A stretch of 63,981 nucleotides of DNA, the filler included, from Octopus bimaculoides (taxonomy: Eukaryota), in NCBI RefSeq assembly GCF_001194135.2. It is 9 parts of 8 records of this genome, joined end to end, with 100 filler letters (N's around TTAATTAATTAA, not from the genome) between each part and the next. Parts side by side here need not be neighbours in the genome. Positions count along the whole stretch, not along the records: positions 17,559 to 30,724 come from NC_068998.1; positions 30,825 to 38,991 come from NC_068981.1; positions 39,092 to 46,501 come from NW_026433356.1; 6 more parts are not named here. The stretch is one strand, 5' to 3'. The first letter of the stretch is position 1, and every line of letters starts with the position of its first letter. Shown one piece after another: positions 26,850 through 40,236 of this stretch. The notes beneath the pieces were generated by a model. It worked only from the letters and a program-made list of their open reading frames with translations. It was not told the origin of the DNA and made no database searches. Both the position numbers and the translations under genes were made by a program.

Positions 26850-26889
26850 NNNNNNNNNNNNNNNNNNNNNNNNNNNNNNNNNNNNGAGA

Positions 26890-26945
<56 letters not shown>

Positions 26946-28246
26946 AATATCTCAGAAGAGAATACTATCCTTATGATTTATGAATCGCGTTATTGTTTCT
27001 TTACCCACAGAGAAATAATCAATGACTCCAACATTCTTTGATCAGATCAGTCCATCAGCTGGTGACCATTACTCTCGATTTGGTGTATGGAGGTACCAGC
27101 TGATGATACCACCCTCATTATTGAACTGGTAATTATATTAACGACGCGATGATATTGAAATCATATATACTCAGAGCGAAATGATTCATAACCAAACACA
27201 ACAAGGCATCGATTCCAATCTTTAAGTCTTCTACACGCTATGAAGAATAATTATATTTCTTCTGACGATTTATTTCTTTATCTGAAAATGGATGAAAATA
27301 TTTAAGATAGCAAAACAAATTAATCTTGTCCGCCCATACACTAATATAATTAAAACTTCACGAATCAAAGACGGTTCAATGGGAAGCTCTTCTAACGTAG
27401 TAGAAATATTAGTGAAATCTCCTTGAAATTACACTTTACACACTTTGGAAAAGGGACATTGACTTATGCAGTCACAGATAACATAACCGGAGCGAGCAAA
27501 TTCTTATCGTAATTCTCCTCGATCCGATTGGCCGGGAGCTGAAACAAGAGCATTATATTTTTTAATATTGAGTTTGTTCATTTTTTTAAAATAAGCGATT
27601 AATTACATGAAATCAATTGAAACTAAATTTCTGCTTATTGTTGCCATTTAATCATAAGTTAAATTGAAATAGGAAACTAAGTGTGTAATGAATAAGATTC
27701 ATACAACATTAGAATAATTTAATTTGCATCTTCAGTCATAAGAGACATTTTTCCTCATGTGTACGAGCAGAAATTTAAATGAAAATCGTTTTGCTTCTAA
27801 ACATAATTGAAAATGAAATCATGATGATGTTGATGATGATAGAAATAATAACCTAAAAGAAATATAGCAAAATAACACTAAAACAAGAACAAAAAGGAAG
27901 AAAAAAAACAAGAATAAAATGTTCCTCTTATTCTCAGAATCAATAAAATATATTGCTACAGTTGAACTTGTAGAAGTCTTCAAAACTATATCTGGTAACT
28001 ATGGTAATATATTATTTTTTAATACACAAATATAGAAGCCAAATAAAAATACAAAAATGAAACACACCTACACATACAATACGTTAAAAACTGCATATGC
28101 ATTTGCTCACATATTGCATCTGTAGACAAATATTAAAATATATAATAAAGTCGATGATTTTAAACATATATATGTACATACAACCACGCGAATATGCATA
28201 TGTATGCACATACACATATACGCTTGTATGCATATGTACAGATGTA

Positions 28247-28305
<59 letters not shown>

Positions 28306-28462
28306 TGTGTGTGTATGTATATGTGTGTGTATGGGTGTGTATGTCTATGCATGTGTGTATACGTAAAATATAAACATACAATATATACAATCATACGTGA
28401 ATACAAATGTATATAAGAATATCTGCAAATAAATGTATATATGTAAAGAAGTATACACACAC

Positions 28463-28496
<34 letters not shown>

Positions 28497-29381
28497 TAAT
28501 ATATTTGTATATGTGCATAATGATTCTTAATAAATAACTAAATGTATATATATATATATATATATATAACCGTGCATAAATATATGCACGTATCTACAAG
28601 TATAGTTAAGCATCAACGGAGTATATCCCTATACGCATAGGTGTGTTTGAGTGAAATTATATAAATATGCATGTATATATTTACATTTATCTTAGCTCAT
28701 ATCTTTTGTGTTTTTTTTCTCTGTCTTATACTGTGTATCTCTTTCTTTCTCTAATCTCGTCTATGTCCATTTCTATCCGTTATCTTATAATAAAAGTATT
28801 TCCACTCGTATTATTTTAATGGAGAAGCGATTTTCATTAAAACTGAGAAAGGAAAATGTTTCCATAAGGGCATAATTTGGAACCGTAGAATAATCCACTT
28901 TTAATTTAAGTAAAATACATCATCCATTTTATTCAGTTGAAGCAATTTGTGTTGCTTACAAAGCAAATATTTTTATCATTTGTAAATGAATTCGCTGCAT
29001 CAGCCATAATTCTCTTTCTATGTATGTGAATGCAAGCTTATCTCTTTTCTTCCTGTCTCTCCTTTCCTCTCTTCCCTTGTCTCCCTCTCTTCCTTTCTCT
29101 CCCTCTCTTTTTCTCTCATGCACATCTCATCGTCACTCCCTCAAAATACCTTATGTTCTACAACATACATATTGATTCTCGCATAATATTTCTACTGTGG
29201 TTTGACGAGAATGAATATTTTTAACTGGTCTTTTGATGGACAGACGTGTATCTTTTTTTTTAGAAAAGACGCTATCTTTACTTAGTATTTTGATTAATGA
29301 TAGACTCAACAGAATCTATATTTATGTATACAAAGACCAGGAGCTATACACCTCATCTTGTTCCAATACCCTTTAACTATA

Positions 29382-29591
29382 CGAGGGAGTGCTGAAGAGT
29401 TGGATTTAAGAATGTCACGAAAGGCCTGGTTGGAGGCCCAACATTCCCAGTCTTTTTACATAGCTTAGAAAAACTGAAAGACCACTAAAGTGTGTGAATC
29501 TGAGAGAGGAACATGTTAAATAAAATCATAATTAACTAATCCTACTGTATTGTCTTTTACCCAAAGCCACGAATTTTTCAGCACACTCTCA
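29382..29591 (+). mobile_element. Mariner-derived MITE, both TIRs present
   Basis: ta|CGAGGGAGTGCTGAAGAGTT ... AATTTTTCAGCACACTCTCA. Confidence 0.8.
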
Positions 29592-30655
29592 TGCAAAACA
29601 GTCTTGGAAGATTTTATTTAATCTCTGTGTCCGACATCTATGAAATTTTAAATAACAATTGTTTTCTTACATTAATAAATTGGTGCAAATTGGAGCAAAT
29701 TAGAGCAAATTGCATTCAACAGTCAGTATTAGAATATATTTTAGAAGTTTGTGTCGCCTGCTATAAGTGCATTTCCATAGATTGTATCTTATGTTCATAT
29801 ATTTGTATAGTTAGTGTTACCTACCGTACTTTTGTTTGAGTCAGAACTGAATTTATCGGTTATAAGATATAAACCAAGTCAATAACAAAAGTTCTAATCC
29901 AGTGAAAAAACAAAATACTACTAATCAATAATATAAAGTACTACTGGTGAAAATATTTTCACATGATTAATCTTACTCTGACATGGGATGACCCATAAAA
30001 TCAAATTTCTATGACAGAAATCAGTATTTGATTTTTATGGAAAATCGACTAGTTAGTAGAATTTTCGTTCACTTTTCTTGTTATTAAGGAATGTTATCAT
30101 ACTAAAAGGCCACATAGTGTTGAAATAGAGCATTGTACTGAATTCACTAATCTAATAATTCACTGGTACCAGTTAACTTACATCTTCCCCTTCTGTGTTG
30201 GATGAAATCAAATATTAAGGCTAGTAAGTTTTTAATTTAAAACATTTAAATGAAAAAGCCAGTTTGCGTAAGTTTTTCACCCTGCCGATAATCGTAACAT
30301 CTAATGCATTTAATGTAGCGAGATACCGCTGAACTTTCATTGCAATTTTACTTTCCCAGAAACAACAATCTCGATCATCGACCAACTTTCAATCATAAAA
30401 CAAAACTAGAAAAAAAAATTTTAATAAGGCGGTGCTACGGCAACAGAAACCATTGAAAAATATAAGAATAAAAGAATACACAAGAAAAGAAAGCAAGTGA
30501 TCACAAAATAAAAATTAATGGGAAAGCTGTGTAACGCCAGTGTACCAAACAATACCTTAGTTAGGAGTAAATATTCTGGTTTCCGAACGGAGTTCTGATC
30601 CACAACTGAGCCGATTTTTGTTGCGTGTCACACTTCACGTTGCCTTTTACGCACG

Positions 30656-30724
<69 letters not shown>

Positions 30725-30824
30725 NNNNNNNNNNNNNNNNNNNNNNNNNNNNNNNNNNNNNNNNNNNNTTAATTAATTAANNNNNNNNNNNNNNNNNNNN
30801 NNNNNNNNNNNNNNNNNNNNNNNN

Positions 30825-30862
<38 letters not shown>

Positions 30863-31479
30863 AGTTAATGTATTTATTTTTGCTGGTATTGTCTGAGAGA
30901 TACTACATGACATTTGAAGGTTGTCTGCGCTGATCTCAAGCCTCTAACCTTCTTCATCTCTTCTTAGATACAGCCTATCACTCTTTCTGTGGAGATTTCA
31001 TGTTAGAATTTTGCGGAAATCGTTTGGATTTCATCAACAGACCAGTCAAGTATCCCAAATGCTGCAATCAGCATTCGTACTGAAAATTCATTGTGGAATA
31101 TTGTCTTATTGTAAGAGGAGAGATGCGACTGTCATATTTTTCTAAGTCTGCTGTAATATTCTCGGGTGACTCTATCTTTATTCACACCAATTTCGTATGA
31201 GATATTTTCATAAATGCTTAGATGACTGTAGCATTCTTTGTGTGGAACGTGAGAATAGTGATGCACTGGTGTTGAGCCCGAGGGAATGATCTTCCGCGTT
31301 CAACAATCAAATACGAGCATTTCCTTTGAAAATGTTAACTGTTTTTTTTTCTTTCTTTTTTTTCTGTTTTCATTGTTAACATTTTTAGCATAAATCTGCA
31401 GGCTATCCACAAAGAAATAACGAGTTACATTAATATCTGGAGCAGGAACGGATCCTACTAAACACCAATTTGAATTTTG

Positions 31480-31980
31480 TTACAAGAATGATCGTGGATA
31501 TAATGCCAAAATGAACAGATTTACAGAAAGACTCTTTCCTGAGAATATTCTCTTTGAAATACTTATAACATTTGAGACGATCTTTGCGTGCTCTCTTGTA
31601 AATGGTAGAATTGTTGCCCAGGTCTTTGAGAGCCTCTCAATGGCAGCAACAATGGTAACAGGTATTTTTGTAAAAAGAAATGTAGACACCTTAGCAACCA
31701 GGAGAAAGGAATACAGTCGAATGCTTTCTTATAATCAAGCCATAGCATTACAAGGCTTATTTGGTGTTTTTCTACTTCATAAGAACAGCTTTGTTTATCA
31801 AAAGCTGTTTGGCACATTTCCACTCAGCCTTCTTTCCACTGACCTGCTCATCAATTCACCCTGTTATTGGACTCACAATGATCCTGGAAGAATTGGTCGA
31901 GGCAGCTTGTTTACAGTTTCTACATAATGTTTACGAAAGCAATGAATCTAGTTTTCTGCCAGCTCGGTAGTTTTATTCTT
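31480..31980 (-). mobile_element. RLE-type (R4/Dong-like) RT fragment, divergent subfamily
   Basis: MLWLDYKKAFDCIPFSWLLRCL and, frameshifted, ISKRIFSGKSLSVNLFILALYP. Confidence 0.75.
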
Positions 31981-32019
31981 GGTAGTTATATTCATCTCTT
32001 AGATAAACATTTGCCCGAA

Positions 32020-32860
32020 AATCAGTGATGCAGAAAAATATTCAACGGGTGCTCAGTCAAAAGTATCATATAGCTGCTTCCCCAATATTAAGAGCATCAT
32101 TACATGCAAACACCACCAACAGGTTACTCCCAGGCGTAACTGCCGAGACCCAGGAACTTGTCCACTCGACAAGAGGTGCATGATTAAATCTATCATATAT
32201 GAGACAGAATTTATAGCAATGCTAGATGAAAACATAAGCGAAAAGAAGAGTTACATTGGGTTATGCGAAGGCAACTTCAAAGATCGCTGTGCTAACCACA
32301 TATCCTCCTTCCGGTACAAGGACAAAAGTAAAACAACTAAGTTGGCTAGCCACGTATGGGTTTGAAGTCTAAAGCCACACTACACACAACCAAGTGAAAA
32401 ATAGTTAAAAAGTCCGCATCATATGTCAACGGATCGAAACAATGTAGGTTATGCAGAGCTGAAAGAACATAGATCCTTTTCAGACCTAAGAACTCCATTG
32501 CACTGCTGAATTCCAGATCTGAAATATTAAGCAGATGTAAACATATGGTTAAGTTCCTGTTTGCGAATTGGAAAGTACCATACCATCCTCTCCAGACTGA
32601 GCAACTGTATGCAGACTCTAAGCTCCTATCCATTCAGCCTTGTTATCATTTTACAGCCAGAAGGGACATAACTTTATCCCCCGCCCCAATTTTTCATTAT
32701 TCTTTTTCATTTTCCTTGCATTTTCCGGTGTTTTCAACCTTCTACTATTTACATCTACTTTCATCTCACATTTTCTCTTATGCTACATGGGCATAGCCTG
32801 ATGATTGCGTGAAGGCACCAAACGTCTTATGAAATACCAAATCATTTTTATCACATGAAA
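32020..32860 (+). mobile_element. Penelope-like element 3' part: GIY-YIG endonuclease remnant plus tail
   Basis: KVSYSCFPNIKSII, NCRDPGTCPLDKRCMIKSIIYE, KSYIGLCEGNFKDRCANHISSF, TTKLASHVW and LLNSRSEILSRCKHMVKF. Confidence 0.85.
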
Positions 32861-32964
32861 CTATTAGTAGCTTATAAAATTATATACTGTGCTTATTAAA
32901 CAATATTTTCCTCTCACCAGGTGGAGTACTTTTTTATTGATGTTACCTTCACGGAACAGTACAC

Positions 32965-33300
32965 TATATATATATGGTGGTTGTCTACTCCTTAAACAGA
33001 GTTTGACCACCTCCTGCACCTACACCTTAGCCCTTTCATGGCGTCTGATGTGGCTTTTTAAACCAGACAGTGTTTTGAAAAAACACCCACACAGATTGCA
33101 CCTCTGATTTGCACTACCAATACCTGCAAGTAAGTTCTGCTCATTGTGGATCCTAACATGTCTTTTAAGACCCCCATTGGATTTGCAATATATATTTGCA
33201 TTATATATATATAATGGTTGATGCTTATAGCTCCTTACAATATAGCCCCCAGATGTTTTTATTCCTTTCATCTCTTCTGAGACTGAGAAAACATGTTGAA
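32965..33300 (-). mobile_element. Probable RTE-like LINE 3' end with two C2H2 zinc fingers (first degenerate)
   Basis: YCKSNGGLKRHVRIH and CNLCGCFFKTLSGLKSHIRRH, then a stop, a short 3' tail and (TA)n; no TGEKP linker. Confidence 0.55.
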
Positions 33301-33411
33301 GTATCTGGCCATGCTGTAAGAAAAAATATATATCCTTGCTGTGCTTGCTCTTTCTTATCAAAGATTATTATGATCACTTAACTGAAATCTCTCTCTATAT
33401 ATATATCTCTC

Positions 33412-33500
<89 letters not shown>

Positions 33501-34195
33501 NNNNNNNNNNNNNNNNNNNNNNNNNNNNNNNNNNNNNNNNNNNNNNNNNNNNNNNNNNNNNNNNNNNNNNNNNNNNNNNNNNNNNNNNNNNNNNNNNNNN
33601 NNNNNNNNNNNNNNNNNNNNNNNNNNNNNNNNNNNNNNNNNNNNNNNNNNNNNNNNNNNNNNNNNNNNNNNNNNNNNNNNNNNNNNNNNNNNNNNNNNNN
33701 NNNNNNNNNNNNNNNNNNNNNNNNNNNNNNNNNNNNNNNNNNNNNNNNNNNNNNNNNNNNNNNNNNNNNNNNNNNNNNNNNNNNNNNNNNNNNNNNNNNN
33801 NNNNNNNNNNNNNNNNNNNNNNNNNNNNNNNNNNNNNNNNNNNNNNNNNNNNNNNNNNNNNNNNNNNNNNNNNNNNNNNNNNNNNNNNNNNNNNNNNNNN
33901 NNNNNNNNNNNNNNNNNNNNNNNNNNNNNNNNNNNNNNNNNNNAAACTCGAGTCGCCTTTATATATTTATATATATTTATATATTTGATCCTTTATATCG
34001 AACACTCAATATTTCATCTACATTCAATACTTTCTTTCATGGTGCCATCCATTTTTATTTTATTTTATTTTATATTGTATATTGTATATTATATTATATA
34101 TTGTATATTCCATATTCTATACCCCACATTAGTTCTGCAGGAATATAAATAAAACATAAAAAACAGACAGTGTTGGAACTCTTTTAAACAAAATA

Positions 34196-34226
<31 letters not shown>

Positions 34227-35189
34227 CTGAGAAAAAAGGAGGGAAAGATATCTGCATCCATGCACACACACACATACACGGAGAGACATTCAGACAGATT
34301 GATAAATAGATAGTCATGTAGATATGTTGCTAGACAGATTGATATCTATGAGTATATATTTATCTATTTATGCATAAAAACACGTGTGCGTGTATATATG
34401 TGTATATTTATGCATGCACGCTTGCATGCATGTATGTATGTATGTATGTATGTATGTGTGTATGTATGTATGTATGTATGTATGTATGTGTGTATGTATG
34501 ACGTATGTGGGTATTCTTGCTAAATCTTAACTATAATTGTAGTTCAAAACTAGTAAAGAAATAAAGAACATTTATTTATACGATCTCAAATGTTAAAATA
34601 TCGTTTAAATATCAATATTAATAAACAATTCGAAGTTATTCACTGCAACAACGTTATAATGACATTTTCTCGCCGAAATGGGAGAAATATCTGTATCATA
34701 TTTGTATTATTTTTACGTTTTTACTCAAAATAAATACGTGAAAGTATATTCCAATAAAATACTTTATATAATACACTTATATTTTGGTAGGAGAAAAAAT
34801 AAACGAAACAGATTTGGTTACTTGTCCATTATATGAGAATAATTTAGCAATTTTCTCTCAGTTTCATTACAAAATATCGTCATAACAGTGTCATGGGTTA
34901 TTCCTTCAGATTCTTCAAAATGTAACTTCTCGATGTCTGTAATGATATTTCAACATCTAAAATCATATTAATAAATGTTTACAGTTTTAGTAGTTTTAAA
35001 CTTTGATGGCGTAACATATAATGGTAAGATAAAGAGGTTGTTTTAGATTAATTCATTTAAAGGCATTTTTTTAAGGTTCAAATAGGCATGTAGATATAGC
35101 AAAGTCAATAAATAAAATTGAGAAGAAAAAGACAACACAAGGAGGGACGAGTTTTAACAATTACTGTTTAACGCTTAAGATGGAAAGGA

Positions 35190-35530
35190 AAGAGTCTAAT
35201 GTTCCAGATGTTTGTTCTTCATTGGAAGAAAAGTATAGAAGGAGTATGAAAGAGGAAAAAATCTTGAGAGAAAAGGAAAGCAAATAGAGAAATAAGAAAA
35301 AGAAAGGTGAAGGAGAAGATTGGGTTGTGAGAGATTACGTGCTGTTCGATGGGAAGTGAATAAAGATAAGAGATTTATGTAAGTATTTAAAATATATTTT
35401 AAAAACATTTAGCCAAAACAGATTAACACAGAATGAACAAATTTTAACAATCAATAGCTTTAAATGGATGGAAAATAGTCTTAACGTTTCGGACGTTAGT
35501 CTTTCATCAGAAGAAAAGTATATGGAGGAA
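35190..35530 (-). repeat. Two ~285-bp-spaced copies of a Penelope-like tail carrying a hammerhead-like motif
   Basis: 35479-35514 reads UCUU-CUGAUGA-A-AGAC-UAAC-GUCC-GAAACGUU-AAGA; a decayed sister copy lies at 35194-35236. Confidence 0.55.
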
Positions 35531-36516
35531 ACGTGGACATGGCTCTATGATTAAGAAATTTTCTTCCCAATCCCATGATTTGGGGTTTTGTCTCATTATG
35601 GGAAACCTTAGAAAAGTGTTTACTGCTATAGCTTTGACCAAAACTTTGTGGGTGGAGTTGGTAAATGGAAACTGAAAGAAGCCCGTTATACGTGAACGTG
35701 TATGTATGTGTGTGCGTTTGCATGTGTATACATCTATGAGTTTGTTTAAATTTGTGCTTCTCCGAAACTACTGACCTACAAGTGGTGACATTGGTGCCAT
35801 TTCCCCTGTCAACAAAACCGCTACTAGCTTTGTATCATCAACATAAAAGATCTTTAACTTTGAAAAATAGGTAAGTGTTAGTGACAGGAAACGTCACCCA
35901 GTTGTAAAACAATACCTCACTAATGTATTCATCTAATCTATAATAGCCTGAAGAAACAGGTGTAAAAACAAACAAATTATTGGTAACTGCCAACATCTTG
36001 AATCATTTATTGCCACACTAATGCTCAGACTATTGATGCACCAACAGTTATGGAAAACAAATTAATCTAAAAAAGATACAAGCAACCAAGCAAGAAAACT
36101 CATGTAAATATTATTGAGAAGGTTAGTGTGCTTCTTTTATTTTTTATTTTATTTTTTTTTTGCTTTTGATTTTTATTTCTTTTTGATATTTTTTTCTAAC
36201 GCATTGCAATATTCTGGTTCTTCTATTTTGGGAATGAATAAAGTTGCATTGAAAATGAAGTTCATTCGAAGTTTTACTATTTCTGTAACGAGTAATGTTT
36301 ATATGGAATAGTTTCTAGGATTACAAACATTTCTCAAGTAGCCAGTAGTGAAGCAGGTGTGAATATATGTATATATACGTGTGTATGTGTGTGTGTGTGT
36401 CTAAATATATGTGTGTGTGTGGGTGTGTGTGTGTGTGTGTGTGTACATATATACATACATGTATATATATATATACATACATATATACATATATATGTAT
36501 ATATATAATATATATA

Positions 36517-36572
<56 letters not shown>

Positions 36573-36656
36573 CACATATATATATATATGCAAATATATA
36601 TATATGTATATATATCTATAGCTATCTATTTATCTATCAATCTATGTATATATATA

Positions 36657-36688
<32 letters not shown>

Positions 36689-37464
36689 CATATATATATN
36701 NNNNNNNNNNNNNNNNNNNNNNNNNNNNNNNNNNNNNNNNNNNNNNNNNNNNNNNNNNNNNNNNNNNNNNNNNNNNNNNNNNNNNNNNNNNNNNNNNNNN
36801 NNNNNNNNNNNNNNNNNNNNNNNNNNNNNNNNNNNNNNNNNNNNNNNNNNNNNNNNNNNNNNNNNNNNNNNNNATATATATGCATATGTATGTATACACA
36901 CACACACATGTATGTATGTATGTATGTATGTATCAGTAATGAAATGGGTTTTTCTTTAATGTAGACCAACATAAAGACAATAGAGCCATTATCACTTGAG
37001 TCTTGCAGAAGGAAGCAAGAGAAAGAAACACAGAAATTGTTTGCAGAATAAAAACCAAATTAGATCTACGAGATGCATAAAAGAAAGAAAAATTACGTAA
37101 AGTGTTGATTTCCATATAGCTGTTACTTAGATTCAAAGGTGAAGCAGTAAGTTATAGTAAAACTGTAAGAGTTGTGCAGTTTGAAAATGAAGGTAGAGAT
37201 GTTTAATTGAATCATAGTGAAAATGCCTTCTGTTCCATTACTGGTTACATAATAACATTGAAGAGGGACAAGGTTCTATTTAGTGTTAATAGGTTCCTTT
37301 GATTGCCAATCTATTTGCAAATAACTTACCCTGATTGTACATGTTCTGTGATCCGGGTTTACAAGTTGATGTAATTCAACATGAAAAGCTCCATAGGGGC
37401 CATATCTATGAACTGTTCTTTTTTCTCTCTTTTCCTTTTGTTTTTATCATTATTATTATTATTA

Positions 37465-37640
37465 TTATTATTATTCAGTAGTTTTATTTTTATAACGTAC
37501 TTTCACTTCACTACCGAGTGCAGCTCTGTGTGCCTTGGGTATGTGCTGTGGTGTGCTGTGATGCTCTTATGGTTACTGTATTGAAAGTGTTTTGCGTAGG
37601 ATGTGTGCAGTGCCCAGTAGTGCAATTTTCTGTATGTTAT
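37465..37640 (-). mobile_element. 5'-truncated R4/Dong-type LINE 3' end embedded in (ATT)n on both sides
   Basis: NIQKIALLGTAHILRKTLSIQ*; (ATT)n at 37447-37475 and 37648-37770. Confidence 0.85.
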
Positions 37641-37651
37641 GAAATTTATTA

Positions 37652-37712
<61 letters not shown>

Positions 37713-37724
37713 TATTATTATTAC

Positions 37725-37758
<34 letters not shown>

Positions 37759-37799
37759 GTTATTATTTTTACTATAGACACAGTTATTTGTCTATGACT

Positions 37800-38208
37800 G
37801 AGAAATTTCTCTGAGGTTCTCAGCTCAGTCCCACTGAGTGCTACTTTGTGTAAATGTCTGCTCCTATAGCCCAAAGTTTGACCAAAGCCTCGTCAATAGA
37901 CTTCGTAGAAGGAAACTGTGTAGAAGCCTGTTGTATATGCATACAGGGTGTGGAAGGACAATCTCTCATATTTTATGCGGCTATCATGGCCATTGCCAGT
38001 ACCGTGTGACTGGCCCTCATGTCGGTGTTATGTAAAAGCACCCACTACACTCTTGGAGTGGTTGGCATTAGGAAGGGCATCCAGCTGTAGAAACTCTGCC
38101 AAATCAGATTGGAGCCTGGTGTAGCCATCTGGTTCACCAGTCCTCAGTCAAATCGTCCAACCCATGCCAGCATTGAAAAAGGACGTTAAATGATGATGAT
38201 GATGATGA
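37800..38208 (+). mobile_element. SINE family C (CORE-like head, (GAT)n tail)
   Basis: Degenerate A-like head, and a 3' region identical in type to the 2035-2184 insert. Confidence 0.7.
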
Positions 38209-38344
38209 TTGGTATGGTGCTTGGGAAGTTAGACAGGTGGTTATGGTATCTTCATTTAGCTAATGTTTTCTGCTTTTATTTACAATTGTAATTTCCTGTT
38301 GATATATTCAACACTAAAAGCAGCAAGCTGTCAGAAATAAAGAA

Positions 38345-38552
38345 ATAAGAAACGTTAGCGTGCCGGGCAAAATGCTTTGTGGTATTTCGTCTGTCTTTAC
38401 GTTCTGAGTTCAAATTCTACTGAGGTCGAATTTGCTTTTCATCCTTTTGGGGTCAATAAATTAAGTACCAGTTGTGCAGAGGGGTCGATCTAATCGACTG
38501 GCCCCCTCCCCAAAAATTTCAGGCCTTGTGCCTAGAGTAGAAAAGGATATAT
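38345..38552 (+). mobile_element. SINE family B (B2 tail)
   Basis: GAGTTCAAATTC B box, GTCGA.TTTGC.TTTCATCCTTT block and AAATTTCAGGCCTTGTGCC tail. Confidence 0.85.
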
Positions 38553-40170
38553 TCAACACCAAACTGAGATTATCTTGCCGCACTCTGTATAGATAGATCC
38601 ATTCATATACACATGCATTTGTACATACATATGTGTGTATGTATGTATGTATGTGTGTATGTATGTATGTATGTATGTATGTATGTATTTATGTATGTAT
38701 GTATGTATGTATGTATGTGTGTGTGTGTGTGTGTGTGCATGTGTGTGTGTGCACACATGTGTGTGCGCACATATGTGTGTGAGTGTTTTACCCCCTCTGC
38801 TTGACTGCTAATTCTAGTTTACTTAAAACTCCATAACTTAGCAGTTGTGTATGTATGAATATATATCAATGTATATATATATATATGTATAATAAATATA
38901 TATATATAATAGGTGTAGCAGTGGCTGTGTGGTAAGTAGCTTGCTTACCAACCACATGGTTCCGGGTTCATTCCCACTGCGTGGAACCTTGNNNNNNNNN
39001 NNNNNNNNNNNNNNNNNNNNNNNNNNNNNNNNNNNTTAATTAATTAANNNNNNNNNNNNNNNNNNNNNNNNNNNNNNNNNNNNNNNNNNNNATATACTTA
39101 CATCTACATGTGTATATATATGCATATCAGGGTGAGGGCAGAAAAAAAATTCTAGTCTATATGCTGAAAATAGACGCTGAATCGTCTCACCCCTTTAATA
39201 ACCACATAGCTACACACGTGTTGAAATCGAGGGGACAAGCTAACGGCAATTATAACCGAATAGATTGTATATGTGCTACTGTAGCCGAATGTATATATTA
39301 AATGTATGTAAAAATATCTTTGTGTGTGTGTGTGTGTGTGTGTGTATTTGTATATATGTATAATGTAGACAACACATGTAGTCAAATATATGCCCATGTG
39401 GTGTATATTTAAACGATATATCAGGAAAATAGCTCCCGCTGGACTATATTAGTGCGTTTATAATATGATATAATGTGATATACACGTACACACATTGGCA
39501 CNNNNNNNNNNNNNNNNNNNNNNNNNNNNNNNNNNNNNNNNNNNNNNNNNNNNNNNNNNNNNNNNNNNNNNNNNNNNNNNNNNNNNNNNNNNNNNNNNNN
39601 NNNNNNNNNNNNNNNNNNNNNNNNNNNNNNNNNNNNNNNNNNNNNNNNNNNNNNNNNNNNNNNNNNNNNNNNNNNNNNNNNNNNNNNNNNNNNNNNNNNN
39701 NNNNNNNNNNNNNNNNNNNNNNNNNNNNNNNNNNNNNNNNNNNNNNNNNNNNNNNNNNNNNNNNNNNNNNNNNNNNNNNNNNNNNNNNNNNNNNNNNNNN
39801 NNNNNNNNNNNNNNNNNNNNNNNNNNNNNNNNNNNNNNNNNNNNNNNNNNNNNNNNNNNNNNNNNNNNNNNNNNNNNNNNNNNNNNNNNNNNNNNNNNNN
39901 NNNNNNNNNNNNNNNNNNNNNNNNNNNNNNNNNNNNNNNNNNNNNNNNNNNNNNNNNNNNNNNNNNNNNNNNNNNNNNNNNNNNNNNNNNNNNNNNNNNN
40001 NNNNNNNNNNNNNNNNNNNNNNNNNNNNNNNNNNNNNNNNNNNNNNNNNNNNNNNNNNNNNNNNNNNNNNNNNNNNNNNNNNNNNNNNNNNNNNNNNNNN
40101 NNNNNNNNNNNNNNNNNNNNNNNNNNNNNNNNNNNNNNNNNNNNNNNNNNNNNNNNNNNNNNNNNNNNNN

Positions 40171-40236
<66 letters not shown>

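Noticed and set aside
37330-37410. Minus-strand frame YGPYGAFHVELHQLVNPDHRTCTIR with a strong donor
   Set aside because: No polypyrimidine acceptor, and the + strand reads like a decayed LINE RT start (KAP.GP..IYELF).
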